Shown here: positions 47,426 through 58,354 of the stretch, one piece after another | Layout: each line of letters opens with the position of its first letter | How positions within the stretch are numbered: position 1 is the first letter of the stretch | NCBI GenBank assembly: GCA_041685835.1 | Contig: JAWLEX010000001.1 | Location: 11,374-75,373, forward strand | From: Desulfatiglandales bacterium | Lineage (GTDB): Bacteria > Desulfobacterota > DSM-4660 > Desulfatiglandales > HGW-15 | Length of the DNA: 64,000 nucleotides | Direction of reading: 5' to 3' | Notes under the pieces: generated by a model | What the model was told of the DNA's origin: nothing | The model's input: the letters and a program-made list of their open reading frames with translations, nothing else | Database searches by the model: none | Translations under genes and position numbers: made by a program

Positions 47426-47573
47426 TCCTGACCGCCGCCTCTCGAACGCCACGCTCTCACATTTTACAGAGTGCTGAGGGCCGGCTGATCGTCGTGCAGG
47501 CGGAAATGCCGCGGGTTCCGGCTTAGGGCGGAATTGCAGCGGCTTTCTTGAGATTGAGACAGGGAGCAATACA

Positions 47574-49034
47574 ATGATTAAGACAAAGAGCATCAAGAGA
47601 GCGGTAGCTTATGCGATCTGCTTCACTATCCTACCGTTAATAGCGGGTACCATAATCACAACCGCTGCTAATCAGACCCCAACCGTATTGGCACAGACGT
47701 CCGACATCGTCCCCGGCGCCCCGGGATCGTTCAGTGATCTGGTTAATGAGGCACGGGACTCGGTGGTAAACATCAGTACGGTCAAGATCGTAAAGAGGGA
47801 CAGCCTACCCATGTTCCGTGGCCCCATGGATCAAGAGGATCCCTTCCATGACTTTTTCGAGCGTTTCTTCAGGGACCAGATCCCGAAGGAGTATAGGCAG
47901 AAGAGCCTGGGAAGCGGGTTTGTCATCGATGAGAAAGGGTATATTCTCACGAACAACCACGTGGTGGAGAAGACCGATGAGATCAAGGTGGTCCTGTCGG
48001 ACAGCCGTGAATACGAAGCGGAGATCGTGGGCAGGGACTCCAAGACGGACCTCGCCCTTATCAAGATAAAGCCCGATACTCCTCTTAAACCCCTTCCTCT
48101 GGGTGACTCGGACGACATGAACGTCGGGGACTGGGTCCTGGCGATAGGGAACCCCTTCGGTCTGGAATGGACGGTTACTGCGGGAATCGTAAGCGCCAAG
48201 TACCGTAGAATCGGAATGGACTCCTACGCAAACTTTATCCAGACCGACGCCTCCATCAACCCGGGTAACAGTGGAGGGCCCTTACTGAACACCAAGGGGG
48301 AAGTGGTGGGAATCAGTTCCGCCATCTTCTCGCGGACAGGGGGCAGTATCGGGATCGGATTCGCCGTTCCCGTGAACCTGGCCAAGGAACTCCTTCCGCA
48401 GCTCAAGGAAGGCCGGGTGGTGCGAGGGTGGCTCGGTGTGATGATCCAGCAGATTACCGCCGAACTCCAGGACAAACTGGACCTGAAAGATCAGAAAGGC
48501 GCGCTGGTTGCAGACGTGACCGCGGGCGGACCGGCCGATAAGGCCGGCATAAAACGGGGCGACGTCATCATTTCCTTTGACGGGAACGAAGTCCAGGAGA
48601 TGAATGAGCTTCCCATGATGGTCGGTTCTACGCCGGTGGGGAAAAAAGTCGAAGTCGAGGTGATTCGAAAAGGACGGAAGAAGACCATCAAAGTCAAGCT
48701 GGGGCGGCTGGACGAGGAAGATGAGCCTTCAGAGCCGGTCGAGGCCCGGACTGACCTGGGCATGACGGTGGAGGAAATCACTCCTGATCATGCCAGGCAT
48801 TTCAACCTCCCTTCCGAGGAGGGTCTGGTAGTGGTTCGGGTGCACTCCGATTCTCCGGCCGCGGAGGCCGGTCTTCGTCCCGGCGACATGATTATCGAGA
48901 TAGACCAGAAAGTGGTTCGGACCCTGTCCCAGTATCAGGAGGTCGTCTCAGGTTACGGCAAGGGTGAGACGATCCTCTTTCTTGTCCAGCGTGGGGGGAA
49001 CACGCTGTACTTGACAGTCAAGGTATGGGAATAA
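47574..49034 (+). CDS. Periplasmic serine endoprotease DegP/DegQ (HtrA family)
   Basis: Signal peptide, catalytic contexts TNNHVV, DLALIKI and GNSGGPLL, and two PDZ domains. Confidence 0.9.
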   Translation: MIKTKSIKRAVAYAICFTILPLIAGTIITTAANQTPTVLAQTSDIVPGAPGSFSDLVNEARDSVVNISTVKIVKRDSLPMFRGPMDQEDPFHDFFERFFRDQIPKEYRQKSLGSGFVIDEKGYILTNNHVVEKTDEIKVVLSDSREYEAEIVGRDSKTDLALIKIKPDTPLKPLPLGDSDDMNVGDWVLAIGNPFGLEWTVTAGIVSAKYRRIGMDSYANFIQTDASINPGNSGGPLLNTKGEVVGISSAIFSRTGGSIGIGFAVPVNLAKELLPQLKEGRVVRGWLGVMIQQITAELQDKLDLKDQKGALVADVTAGGPADKAGIKRGDVIISFDGNEVQEMNELPMMVGSTPVGKKVEVEVIRKGRKKTIKVKLGRLDEEDEPSEPVEARTDLGMTVEEITPDHARHFNLPSEEGLVVVRVHSDSPAAEAGLRPGDMIIEIDQKVVRTLSQYQEVVSGYGKGETILFLVQRGGNTLYLTVKVWE

Positions 49035-49930
49035 GCGCAGGCGGTACTGCTTCCCGGGCTGTGGTTGAGGCCCCGGCCAAGCTTAACATTCATCTCACCA
49101 TCACGGCCCGCCGGCCGGATGGGTACCACGAACTGATCTCCGTCATGGTTCCGGTGAGCCTGGCGGATCGGATCGAGGTGCAGGCCGGGCCGGGCGAGGG
49201 AATCGAGCTGTACTGTTCGGGAAGGCCTGTGCCGGGAGACGAGACCAACCTTGTATGGCAGGCGGCCCGGGCGTTCCTGTCCAAAAGCGGCCTCCGTCAT
49301 GGCTTCTCCATACGCCTTCATAAGGAGATACCCGTGGCGGCTGGGCTGGGCGGTGGAAGCAGCGATGCGGCCGCCGTCCTTATCGGGCTGAATGAGGCCT
49401 GGCCCGGTCGCCTGAAAGCGGCGGATCTGTATGAAACAGCACTGGAATTAGGCTCTGATGTGCCCTTTTTTCTCTCCGCCGTACCATCCCTGGTCCGAGG
49501 CATCGGTGAGGACCTGGAAAGTCTGGATTATTGGCCCGATTTGTGGTATGTACTTGTTAACCCGCCTGTAGCGATTTCCACCGCATGGGTCTACAGGCAG
49601 GTGGAAATTGGGTTGACAAGACCCGAAAAAGACTATATATTCAAAGCTTTAAATCAGGATACGTTCTCCGTTTTTGATCTCCTGGAAAACGATCTGGAAC
49701 ATGTGACCGAGCCCCGGTTTCCGGTCGTGACCCGAATCAAGGAGGCCCTCTTGGAAGCGGGTGCCGAAGGGGCCCTCATGACCGGAAGCGGACCGACGGT
49801 GTTCGGCGTCTTCCGGGCGAAGAGTGAAGCGGAAGCCGCTGCGAAGAGGCTCATCCTTCAGGACCTGGGGGATGTCTTCGTGACTAACAACTGGTCGGGC
49901 GAACGATTCGGGGGTACTCGGGACGGATAG
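49025..49930 (+). CDS. ispE: 4-diphosphocytidyl-2-C-methyl-D-erythritol kinase
   Basis: APAKLNIHL start and the GHMP kinase motif PVAAGLGGGSSDAAAVL. Confidence 0.9.
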   Translation: MGISAGGTASRAVVEAPAKLNIHLTITARRPDGYHELISVMVPVSLADRIEVQAGPGEGIELYCSGRPVPGDETNLVWQAARAFLSKSGLRHGFSIRLHKEIPVAAGLGGGSSDAAAVLIGLNEAWPGRLKAADLYETALELGSDVPFFLSAVPSLVRGIGEDLESLDYWPDLWYVLVNPPVAISTAWVYRQVEIGLTRPEKDYIFKALNQDTFSVFDLLENDLEHVTEPRFPVVTRIKEALLEAGAEGALMTGSGPTVFGVFRAKSEAEAAAKRLILQDLGDVFVTNNWSGERFGGTRDG

Positions 49931-49977
49931 ACCGATCCTGCATCCCTTCTCCTTCAAAGAGGATCCGAAAGGCGTGC

Positions 49978-50052
49978 TGGGGTGTCGTCAAGTGGTAAGA
50001 CACGGGCCTTTGGAGCCCGCATTCGGAGGTTCGAATCCTCCCACCCCAGCCA
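49978..50052 (+). tRNA. tRNA-Gln (anticodon TTG)
   Basis: 75 nt and colinear with E. coli tRNA-Gln: acceptor TGGGGTG/CACCCCA, anticodon arm CGGGC-CTTTGGA-GCCCG, T-arm GGAGG-TTCGAAT-CCTCC, encoded CCA. Confidence 0.9.
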
Positions 50053-50064
50053 GGCGATGAATCA

Positions 50065-50994
50065 ATGAAACTGTTCGGCGGATCATCAAACCCTGAATTG
50101 ACCGAAAGGGTCTGCGCTTACCTCGAGATCGAACCGGGTAAGATCAGCGCCAAAAAATTCAGTGACGGAGAGACCCAGGTGGAGATCCACGAGAACGTTC
50201 GCGGCATGGACGTCTTCATCCTGCAGTCCACCTGCACTCCAGTGAATGACAACCTGATGGAGTTGCTCATCATCATTGATGCGCTAAAGAGGGCTTCGGC
50301 CAAGCGGATCACGGCCATGATCCCCTATTATGGTTACGGCAGGCAGGACCGGAAAGTCAAGCCGCGCGTCCCAATCAGCGCAAAGCTCGTGGCGGACCTG
50401 ATCACCGTGGCAGGCGTGCACCGCGTGGTATCAACGGACCTTCATGCCGGTCAGATCCAGGGGTATTTCAATATTCCGGTGGACAACCTGTTCGCCGCAC
50501 CGATTCTTTTGAAACACATTCGGGCCCACCTTGAAAACGACCTGGTCATGGTTTCCCCCGACGCAGGAGGTGTGGAGCGGGCCCGCGCCTTTGCCAAGAG
50601 GCTGGACTGCGGCCTGGCAATCATTGACAAGAGGAGGGACGCGCCCAACGTGGCCGAGGCAATGAACATCATCGGCGAGGTGGCTGACAAGACGGCCATT
50701 ATTCTGGATGACATGGTGGATACTGCCGGGACGCTGACCCAGGCCGCGGGCGCACTCAAGAAGTATGGGGCTGCCCATATCCACGCCTGTTGCACCCATG
50801 CGGTCCTTTCGGGACCCTCTCTCGAGCGAATCGAAGAGTCGCCCATCGACAGCCTGGTGGTGACCGACACGATTCCTCTAAACGACAGGGCGGCGGAGTG
50901 CTCGAAGATCAAAGTGCTTTCGGTGGCCGAACTTCTTGGAGAGACGGCCAAGCGTATTCACACGTCCCATTCCGTAAGCACGCTCTTCGTGTAG
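50065..50994 (+). CDS. prs: Ribose-phosphate pyrophosphokinase
   Basis: Motifs [11 protein letters not shown] and [12 protein letters not shown]. Confidence 0.95.
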   Translation: MKLFGGSSNPELTERVCAYLEIEPGKISAKKFSDGETQVEIHENVRGMDVFILQSTCTPVNDNLMELLIIIDALKRASAKRITAMIPYYGYGRQDRKVKPRVPISAKLVADLITVAGVHRVVSTDLHAGQIQGYFNIPVDNLFAAPILLKHIRAHLENDLVMVSPDAGGVERARAFAKRLDCGLAIIDKRRDAPNVAEAMNIIGEVADKTAIILDDMVDTAGTLTQAAGALKKYGAAHIHACCTHAVLSGPSLERIEESPIDSLVVTDTIPLNDRAAECSKIKVLSVAELLGETAKRIHTSHSVSTLFV

Positions 50995-51032
50995 CGGTGA
51001 GGAACCACGGTACGAAGAGCGTTTCGTTTTTT
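50980..51032 (+). terminator. Hairpin plus T-tract overlapping the prs stop
   Basis: ACGCTCTTCGT (50980-50990) pairs perfectly with ACGAAGAGCGT (51012-51022) and is followed by TTCGTTTTTT. Confidence 0.55.
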
Positions 51033-51093
51033 GTGCCTTGTGAAATATTTTATTAATGCCCCGGCACCACCGGGGTTGATCAGGAGGAAGAAT

Positions 51094-51759
51094 ATGGCGC
51101 ATTTCAACCTGGCCGTCGATGTCCGAAATCAAAAGGGCAAGGAGGCGGCAAAAAAACTCCGGAATGAAAAGCGCATTCCGGCTGTGTTTTACGGTCCCAA
51201 GGCTGAACCCGTTCCTGTCTCCGTAACTACTCGGGATCTCCAGGGTATTTTGAAGAAAGTCAGCCGAGAGAGCGCGATAATCGATCTAAAGATTTCCTCA
51301 GGCGAGGGTGGGGTTCAGGATGCCACCGTTATGATAAAGGAACTCCAGGTGGATCCGCTTCGAGGGGACTACCTCCATGCGGACTTCTACGAGATCTCTA
51401 TGGACACGGAGATTACCGCCGACATCTCGGTCAATCTGGTGGGTGAGCCCGTGGGCGTGGTTAATGGCGGGATCCTTCAGTATGTGCGCCGGGAGATCAC
51501 GGTGTCCTGCCTGCCGGACAAGCTCATTGAAAAGCTTGATGTGGACGTATCAGGGTTGGACATAGGCGACGCCGTGCACATAGATGACATTGTTTTCCCG
51601 GAAGGTATCACCACGGCCCAGGAGGGACACCTGACCGTAGCCGTGGTGGCCGCACCAAGCGTGGAGGCTGAGGCCGAGGTAGAGGCCGAGGAGGCCGAAG
51701 GGCTCGAAGAAGGTGGAGAAAGCGGGAAGGAGTTAGAGGAAGGGGCCGGCGAAGAGTAG
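51094..51759 (+). CDS. rplY: 50S ribosomal protein L25 / general stress protein Ctc
   Basis: The sequence KLRNEKRIPAVFYG, two-domain Ctc length and an acidic C-terminal tail. AGGAGG precedes ATG 51094. Confidence 0.9.
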   Translation: MAHFNLAVDVRNQKGKEAAKKLRNEKRIPAVFYGPKAEPVPVSVTTRDLQGILKKVSRESAIIDLKISSGEGGVQDATVMIKELQVDPLRGDYLHADFYEISMDTEITADISVNLVGEPVGVVNGGILQYVRREITVSCLPDKLIEKLDVDVSGLDIGDAVHIDDIVFPEGITTAQEGHLTVAVVAAPSVEAEAEVEAEEAEGLEEGGESGKELEEGAGEE

Positions 51760-51779
51760 AATGCCTGAGGCGAAAGGGG

Positions 51780-52394
51780 GTGAAGGGAGATCCTTGGGAA
51801 GTGTATCTGATTGCGGGACTTGGAAATCCCGGACCTGACTACCGGTTCACGCGTCACAACATGGGCTTTCGGATCCTGGAGGCATGGGCCGAGAGCTTGG
51901 GGGTCCGGCTGTCGGGACGCCACTTTCAGTCCGGCAGCGCCCGGACGATGTTTCTCGGAAGAAGCCTCATACTTCTTTGCCCCATGACGTTTATGAACCG
52001 CAGCGGCGAAGCGGTTCAGGCGTGCGCTCGTTACTACCGGGTCGAGAAGAAGGATATCCTGATTGTTCACGACGACCTTGATCTTCCTCTCGGCCGGGTC
52101 CGGATCGCCGCAGGAGGTGGGGCCGGAGGCCATAAGGGTGTTGCTTCGGTCGTCAGGCATCTGGGTTCCCCGGACATTCCTCGCTTGAAGGTCGGGATCG
52201 ACAGGCCTGAGCAAAGGCAGGCGGTGGATGATTATGTATTAAGCAATTTTTCACGTGAAGAGCATGAAATGGTTATTCAAGTGATTCAATTAGGGGTTCG
52301 GGCGTGCGAGGTGTTTGTTGTGGAAGGCGTTGATGCGGCGATGAACGCCATCAACGGAATAAGTCTAATTCAACCGAAGGAGGGAATAAGCTGA
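51780..52394 (+). CDS. pth: Peptidyl-tRNA hydrolase
   Basis: The motif [21 protein letters not shown]. Confidence 0.9.
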   Translation: MKGDPWEVYLIAGLGNPGPDYRFTRHNMGFRILEAWAESLGVRLSGRHFQSGSARTMFLGRSLILLCPMTFMNRSGEAVQACARYYRVEKKDILIVHDDLDLPLGRVRIAAGGGAGGHKGVASVVRHLGSPDIPRLKVGIDRPEQRQAVDDYVLSNFSREEHEMVIQVIQLGVRACEVFVVEGVDAAMNAINGISLIQPKEGIS

Positions 52395-54445
52395 TGCAGG
52401 GATTAACTGTTTTTGCCCCCTTTTTGGGGATCCTGAGTCTGATTATCGCCTGGCTGGTTTTCGGATACGTCAAGAAGCAGCCGAACGGAAGCCCGCTGAT
52501 GCAGGAACTCGAAGAACAGATCCACATTGGGGCCATGACGTTCCTCAGGCGGGAGTACACCATCCTTGTCTTTTTCATAGCCGTGGTATTCCTGTTGCTG
52601 GGTTTCGCAGTAGCCTGGCAGACCGCCATCGCCTTTTTGACCGGTGCGTTTTGTTCCATGGCCGCCGGATTTTCAGGAATGACGGCCGCCACCCGTGGGA
52701 ACTCCCGAACAGCCGAGGCGGCGAATAAATTCGGGCAGGCCAAGGCCCTGAACGTATCCTACTTCTCCGGCTCCGTCATGGGACTTGCAGTGGCCGGTCT
52801 GGGAATGCTCGGCCTGGGCTTCTGGTTTTGGATCTGGGGAGGTTCTATCGAGTCGTCCACGTACATCAACGGCTTCGCCATGGGCGCAAGTTCCATTGCC
52901 CTGTTCGCCCGTGTCGGCGGTGGAGTTTACACCAAGGCGGCCGATGTTGGAGCGGACCTGGTTGGAAAGGTTGAAGCCGGTATCCCGGAAGACGATCCCC
53001 GCAATCCCGGCGTCATCGCGGACAATGTGGGTGACAACGTTGGCGACATTGCCGGCATGGGAGCGGACATATTCGAGTCCTTCGTCGGTTCGGTGATCGC
53101 AACCATAGCCATCGGTGCCACTCTGGCCATCACGCCTCAGTTTATGGCTGACTTTCCGGCTCTCGAAGGCATGTCTCCCGAGAACATCAAACTGATGTAC
53201 ATGTCCTTCCCGATTCTGGTTGTAATGGCGGGGCTCCTGAGCTCTTTCGCAGGTGTCTTCTCCATAAAGATCTTTCAGAGTGGGGACCCTGCAGGCGCCC
53301 TGCGGTACACTACCTTTGTCGCAGCCGTTATTTTCATCATCCTTACCATTATAGTCACGAGTTCCCTCGGCATGCCCTGGGGCGCTTTCTGGGCGGTATT
53401 CTCGGGACTCCTTTGCGGAATCGCAATCGGGCTCTTGGCCGAGTACTACACCTCGGGTCCACCGATCCGGCGCATTGCCGGGCAGTCTGAGACCGGAGCC
53501 GCCACTGTGATCATCGCCGGCCTGGCAGTGGGCATGATTTCCACCTGGCTCCCCATGATGGGTATCTGCGTGGCTACGTTTATCGGGTTCAAGACCGCCG
53601 GTATCTACGGCATCGGCCTTTCCGCGGTCGGCATGCTTGCAACGGTAGGCGCGACCATGACGGTGGATGCGTACGGCCCCATTGCAGACAACGCGGGCGG
53701 CATCACCGAGATGAGCGAACTGGGTCCTGAGACCCGGAAGATCACGGACAGCCTGGACGCCCTGGGCAACACGACCGCTGCCATCGGCAAGGGCTTTGCC
53801 ATCGGTTCGGCGGCCCTTACCGCCCTGGCCCTGTTTGTGGCCTATACCCAGGCAGTGGGACTGGAAGTTATCGATATCAAAAATCCGATGGTGGTCATCG
53901 GGGTGTTCATCGGCGGTATGGTGCCCATGGTCTGCGCCGCGCTGACCATGACCTCCGTCGGTAAGGCGGCCTTCAGTATCGTGGAGGAGATCCGGCGGCA
54001 GTTCAGGGAGATCCCCGGCCTTCTGGAAGGGAAGGAAGGTGCCAAGCCGGATCCCGCGACCATCGTGGACATCGCTACTACCTCGGCCCTGAAGGAAATG
54101 GTCGCGCCCGGCCTGGTGGCCGTGCTGACCCCGGTTGCCGTTGGCTTCATCCTGGGTCCCGAGACCCTGGGCGGTATGCTTCTGGGGGCCACGACCATGG
54201 GCGCGTTCCTGGCGCTCTTTATGGCCAACAGCGGTGGCGCCTGGGACAATGCCAAGAAGTATATCGAGGAAGGAAACCTGGGCGGCAAGGGAAGCGATAA
54301 TCACAAGGCGGCCGTGGTGGGCGACACTGTAGGCGATCCGTTCAAGGACACCTCGGGTCCCGCCATGAACATCCTGATAAAGCTGATGTCGGTGGTCTCT
54401 CTGGTAATCGCCCCGATCCTTGCAGGCTGGGCCGGGCTGTTCTAG
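52394..54445 (+). CDS. hppA: Membrane-bound proton/sodium-translocating pyrophosphatase (K+-dependent type)
   Basis: Motifs [40 protein letters not shown] and [10 protein letters not shown] (Ala, not Lys, at the K+-dependence position). Confidence 0.95.
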   Translation: MQGLTVFAPFLGILSLIIAWLVFGYVKKQPNGSPLMQELEEQIHIGAMTFLRREYTILVFFIAVVFLLLGFAVAWQTAIAFLTGAFCSMAAGFSGMTAATRGNSRTAEAANKFGQAKALNVSYFSGSVMGLAVAGLGMLGLGFWFWIWGGSIESSTYINGFAMGASSIALFARVGGGVYTKAADVGADLVGKVEAGIPEDDPRNPGVIADNVGDNVGDIAGMGADIFESFVGSVIATIAIGATLAITPQFMADFPALEGMSPENIKLMYMSFPILVVMAGLLSSFAGVFSIKIFQSGDPAGALRYTTFVAAVIFIILTIIVTSSLGMPWGAFWAVFSGLLCGIAIGLLAEYYTSGPPIRRIAGQSETGAATVIIAGLAVGMISTWLPMMGICVATFIGFKTAGIYGIGLSAVGMLATVGATMTVDAYGPIADNAGGITEMSELGPETRKITDSLDALGNTTAAIGKGFAIGSAALTALALFVAYTQAVGLEVIDIKNPMVVIGVFIGGMVPMVCAALTMTSVGKAAFSIVEEIRRQFREIPGLLEGKEGAKPDPATIVDIATTSALKEMVAPGLVAVLTPVAVGFILGPETLGGMLLGATTMGAFLALFMANSGGAWDNAKKYIEEGNLGGKGSDNHKAAVVGDTVGDPFKDTSGPAMNILIKLMSVVSLVIAPILAGWAGLF

Positions 54446-54473
54446 CCTCGAGGCAAGACCTTCCCCGGAATCG

Positions 54474-54502
54474 CGAGGGGCGGAATTCCTTTCCGCCCCT
54501 CG
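54474..54502 (+). terminator. Strong stem-loop after hppA with no U-tract
   Basis: CGAGGGGCGGAA-TTCCT-TTCCGCCCCTCG, a 12-bp stem. Confidence 0.35.
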
Positions 54503-54644
54503 TCTCCGGATCAATGAATCGGGACTTCATACCCGCCGCGGAATTCGTCACAAAGGGAGAGCCCGGCCCTTAATGAAAGGCACAAGAAGGGCCGGGCGGC
54601 CGCGGTGAAGGGCGTTGCGCCCTTTGGAAACGGGGGTTTTGTCA

Positions 54645-55124
54645 ATGTTTAGCATAGGTGACTTGGCCGTATATCCTGCGCACGGGGTCGGCGTTATCGA
54701 GAAGATCGAAAGCCAGGAGATATCCGGGTGCTGCCAGGATTTTTATGTCATGCGCATTCTCGAGAACGACATGAAAATCATGATACCAACCGGTAATGTT
54801 AATAATGTGGGATTGAGGGAACTCATAGAGAAGAGCGAAGTGCCGAAACTGTACAATATTTTAAAGAAAAGGGACATTATTGTTGACAATCAGACTTGGA
54901 ATCGACGTTATAGAGAATATATGGAGAAAATTAAAACAGGTTCTGTATATGAAGTTGCTGAAGTATACAGAGATCTGCTTATGTTAAAAACAGAAAAAGA
55001 GTTGTCTTTTGGTGAGAGAAAGATGCTTGATACAGCGAGAAGCCTTTTGGTCAAGGAGATTTCCCTGGCAAAGAAAGTCGCGGAAACACAGATAGAGAAG
55101 GATCTGGACAAGATATTTGCCTGA
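54645..55124 (+). CDS. carD: CarD/CdnL-family transcriptional regulator
   Basis: N-terminal motif FSIGDLAVYPAHGVGVIEKIE and a size of about 160 aa. Confidence 0.85.
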   Translation: MFSIGDLAVYPAHGVGVIEKIESQEISGCCQDFYVMRILENDMKIMIPTGNVNNVGLRELIEKSEVPKLYNILKKRDIIVDNQTWNRRYREYMEKIKTGSVYEVAEVYRDLLMLKTEKELSFGERKMLDTARSLLVKEISLAKKVAETQIEKDLDKIFA

Positions 55125-55299
55125 AATATGATTTCAAAAACCAAGGCAACACTGACGGGTCCGTAAAGACGTTATATCTCGCTCAGAGACGCAGATACGC
55201 AGAGAAAAAAATAGATAAAATTAATATGTTATGTTTACGGTTTCGGTGCACCCTGCTGGAAAAGTGCTTTTTACCGGATTATAAACACAGTAGTGTAAA

Positions 55300-56292
55300 G
55301 TGAATCACGTGCCGGGCAGGAGCTTTCACTTCCTCATCTCCGCGAGTCATGCCGGTGAGCGCTTTGACGCTTTTCTCGCCTCCCGGGTGGAAGGGCTGAC
55401 CAGGTCCAGGGCCCATGAGCTGATTCGGGCCGCTCATGCGACCGTGAACAATCGGACAGCGAAGGCGAGCTACCACCTAAAAGCGAAAGACTGCGTCGTC
55501 CTTACCATCCCGCCGCCACGTCCCTGCCGTCTGGAGCCGGAGCAGGTCGAATTTGCGATTGTTCACGAGGACGCCTCCCTGATCGTCCTGGACAAACCCG
55601 CGGGCATTGTGGTCCATCCCGCTCCCGGCCATGCCACTGGGACCCTGGTCCATGGGCTCCTGGAACACTGCCGGAACTTGTCATGTATAGGGGATGTAAT
55701 GCGCCCGGGAATTGTACACCGTCTGGACAAGGATACGTCCGGTCTCATGGTGGTCGCAAAGACCGACATGGCCCATGAGGCCCTGTCCAGGCAGTTCAAA
55801 TCCGGCGAGATTATGAAGGAATACGAGGTGTTCGTCCATGGGAGTTTCAGGCGGGATGAGGGTAAGATCGACCGTCCCATAGGACGGGATCAGAAGCACA
55901 GAAAAAGGATGGCCGTGGTCCCGGTCTCGGGTAGGCAGGCAGTCACGCTCTGGAGCGTATCAGAACGGTGGGGCGGCCGATTCGCCCGTCTTCGCGTTAG
56001 ACTGTTGACCGGCCGAACCCACCAGATCCGGGTTCACCTGGCGCACGAGGGGCACCCGGTCGTGGGAGACCCTCTTTACGGCCTTAAGCGTGCATGGTGG
56101 AAACAGCGGTATCCCCAGGCAGCGCCGGTTGTGGAAGAACTTCTGGGAAGGCAGATGCTGCACGCCCAACGCCTTGGGTTCAAACATCCGGAGACCGGTT
56201 GCTATGGGGAGTTCACCTCCCCTTTACCCCCGGACATGATTCGTGTGGGCAGGGTTCTTGCCGCAATCGGGAAAGGTGATAAAATCCCTTGA
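55300..56292 (+). CDS. rluD: RluA-family 23S rRNA pseudouridine synthase (RluD-like)
   Basis: S4-like N-terminus, catalytic motif HRLDKDTSGLMVVAK, then TGRTHQIRVH. Confidence 0.85.
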   Translation: MNHVPGRSFHFLISASHAGERFDAFLASRVEGLTRSRAHELIRAAHATVNNRTAKASYHLKAKDCVVLTIPPPRPCRLEPEQVEFAIVHEDASLIVLDKPAGIVVHPAPGHATGTLVHGLLEHCRNLSCIGDVMRPGIVHRLDKDTSGLMVVAKTDMAHEALSRQFKSGEIMKEYEVFVHGSFRRDEGKIDRPIGRDQKHRKRMAVVPVSGRQAVTLWSVSERWGGRFARLRVRLLTGRTHQIRVHLAHEGHPVVGDPLYGLKRAWWKQRYPQAAPVVEELLGRQMLHAQRLGFKHPETGCYGEFTSPLPPDMIRVGRVLAAIGKGDKIP

Positions 56293-56781
56293 CACGGTGG
56301 GGAACATGGTTATAAGAACATCCATAATTATCCCTCCTGCCTTTCAGAGGATTCGTTTTTTCCCGGATATCAACAAGGACTTCAAGGATATTCTACTGCG
56401 CCATCTTTAGCTCAACGCATAGTATCAGGAATGTCATATAGATCTGTAGGCCCCCGCCTGCGGGGGTGGTTTTCCGTCAGGGCCGGTCTGCGGCCTGCAG
56501 GGCCCATGAGGCATCTACCTTTCAATGAACCGGGGCATCGACCGGTTGAAAACAAACAGGATGGCCATGCAACAAGCTCGTTTTCTCGCATAGCACCCGG
56601 AGGTCCCAAAAGTAACACATAAAAAAATAGTTATTTTTACTTGGCGATTTTGCGTCTTTGCGAGAGACGCTTGGTTTTAGGGCCTGGGCTGACGATGCAT
56701 GGGCCGGAACAGAGTGGGGGAATCAGCCGAAACGGACAGATAGAATTCCAAGAACCGCGCTCAAATCACTGGAGATGGAAT

Positions 56782-58029
56782 ATGAACATTGTTGAATTGA
56801 AACAGATGAAGATTAATGAACTGACCGAGATGGCCAAGGCGGCAAACATCGACGGGGCTTCGGGAATGCCCAAACCGGAGTTGATTTTTTCACTGCTCCA
56901 GGCCCAGTCAGAGAAAAACGGCTTGATTTACGGCGAAGGAGTCCTGGAAATCCTTCCGGACGGGTTCGGTTTTCTCCGGGCCACTGACTCGAACTACCTG
57001 CCGGGGCCGGACGACATCTACATCTCTCCCTCACAGATCCGCCGTTTTAACCTGCGAACCGGTGACACCATCTCCGGGCAGATTCGGCCTCCCAAGGACT
57101 CTGAGCGCTATTTCGCACTGCTGAAGGTGGAACAGGTCAACCACGAGAACCCGGAGGTTTCAAGAGATAAGATTCTATTTGATAACCTCACCCCGCTTTA
57201 TCCCGAAGAAGGGATCGCGCTGGAGACCACGTCCGACAACTATTCCACCCGCATAATGGACCTCATGACCCCGATCGGCAAGGGGCAGCGAGGCCTGATA
57301 GTGGCTCCGCCCAGGACCGGAAAGACCATGCTTCTTCAGAACATCGCCAACAGCGTTACAGCTAACCATCCGGACATCCATAAAATTGTCCTCCTCATCG
57401 ACGAACGGCCCGAAGAGGTGACGGATATGCAACGCTCCGTCAAGGCCGAGGTCATCAGTTCCACCTTTGACGAACCTCAGCACAGGCATGTTCAGGTCGC
57501 GGAGATGGTGATTGAAAAGGCTAAACGCCTTGTGGAGCACAAGCGGGATGTGCTGATCCTGCTCGACAGCATCACGAGATTGGCACGTGCATACAACGCG
57601 ACGGTTCCGCCGAGCGGAAAGATACTGTCCGGCGGCCTCGACTCCAATGCGCTTCACAAGCCGAAGCGGTTTTTCGGGGCCGCCCGAAACGTGGAACAGG
57701 GAGGGAGCCTCACCATCATCGCCACGGCGTTGGTCGACACGGGAAGCAGGATGGATGAGGTGATTTTCGAGGAGTTCAAGGGGACGGGAAACATGGAGAT
57801 CCACCTGGACCGCAAGCTGACCGACCGCCGTGTGTTTCCGTCCATGGACATCAATCGCTCCGGGACCCGGAAGGAAGAACTGCTCGTGGAGCAGGCGGAC
57901 CTGTACCGGATCTGGATCCTTCGAAAGCTCCTGGCGCCGCTCACACCCGTAGACAGCATGGAGTTTTTACTGGACAAAATGAAGGGCACAAAGGATAATA
58001 AAGAGTTTTTGGCATCCATGAGCGAGTAG
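56782..58029 (+). CDS. rho: Transcription termination factor Rho
   Basis: Rho_N domain ([15 protein letters not shown]), cold-shock-like RNA-binding domain, Walker [14 protein letters not shown] 56782 follows GGAGATGG; the ORF track starts at 56641. Confidence 0.95.
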   Translation: MNIVELKQMKINELTEMAKAANIDGASGMPKPELIFSLLQAQSEKNGLIYGEGVLEILPDGFGFLRATDSNYLPGPDDIYISPSQIRRFNLRTGDTISGQIRPPKDSERYFALLKVEQVNHENPEVSRDKILFDNLTPLYPEEGIALETTSDNYSTRIMDLMTPIGKGQRGLIVAPPRTGKTMLLQNIANSVTANHPDIHKIVLLIDERPEEVTDMQRSVKAEVISSTFDEPQHRHVQVAEMVIEKAKRLVEHKRDVLILLDSITRLARAYNATVPPSGKILSGGLDSNALHKPKRFFGAARNVEQGGSLTIIATALVDTGSRMDEVIFEEFKGTGNMEIHLDRKLTDRRVFPSMDINRSGTRKEELLVEQADLYRIWILRKLLAPLTPVDSMEFLLDKMKGTKDNKEFLASMSE

Positions 58030-58053
58030 TATAAGGAGAATAGGGGTTTTACA

Positions 58054-58278
58054 ATGAAGAAAGACATTCATCCCGAGTTTCACAAGACCATAGTTCACTG
58101 CGCCTGCGGAAATGAATTCGAGACGGGATCCACCTCAAAGGAAATCAGGGTGGAGATCTGCTCCGCATGCCACCCCTTCTTCACCGGCAAACAGAAGCTT
58201 GTGGACTCCGCCGGTCGAGTGGAACGTTTCAAGAAAAAGTATGCCAAGTACACCGATAAGGAGGGCGGCAAGGCTTGA
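58054..58278 (+). CDS. rpmE: 50S ribosomal protein L31
   Basis: MKKDIHPEF...CACGN...[10 protein letters not shown]. Confidence 0.9.
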   Translation: MKKDIHPEFHKTIVHCACGNEFETGSTSKEIRVEICSACHPFFTGKQKLVDSAGRVERFKKKYAKYTDKEGGKA

Positions 58279-58354
58279 TGTTTGACCTCCAACCGCCTGG
58301 TTCGTGCGAATTCCCCCGCCATGGGGGAATTTCTTTGCCCGGGGCTGTCGCTTC

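Noticed and set aside
56431-56700. Short ORFs in the rho upstream region (56431-56622, 56412-56618) and the long ORF-track start for rho at 56641.
   Set aside because: They have no ribosome-binding site and repeat-derived or Arg/Pro-rich sequence. The Rho N-terminal domain begins at [14 protein letters not shown] (56782), which has a proper ribosome-binding site.
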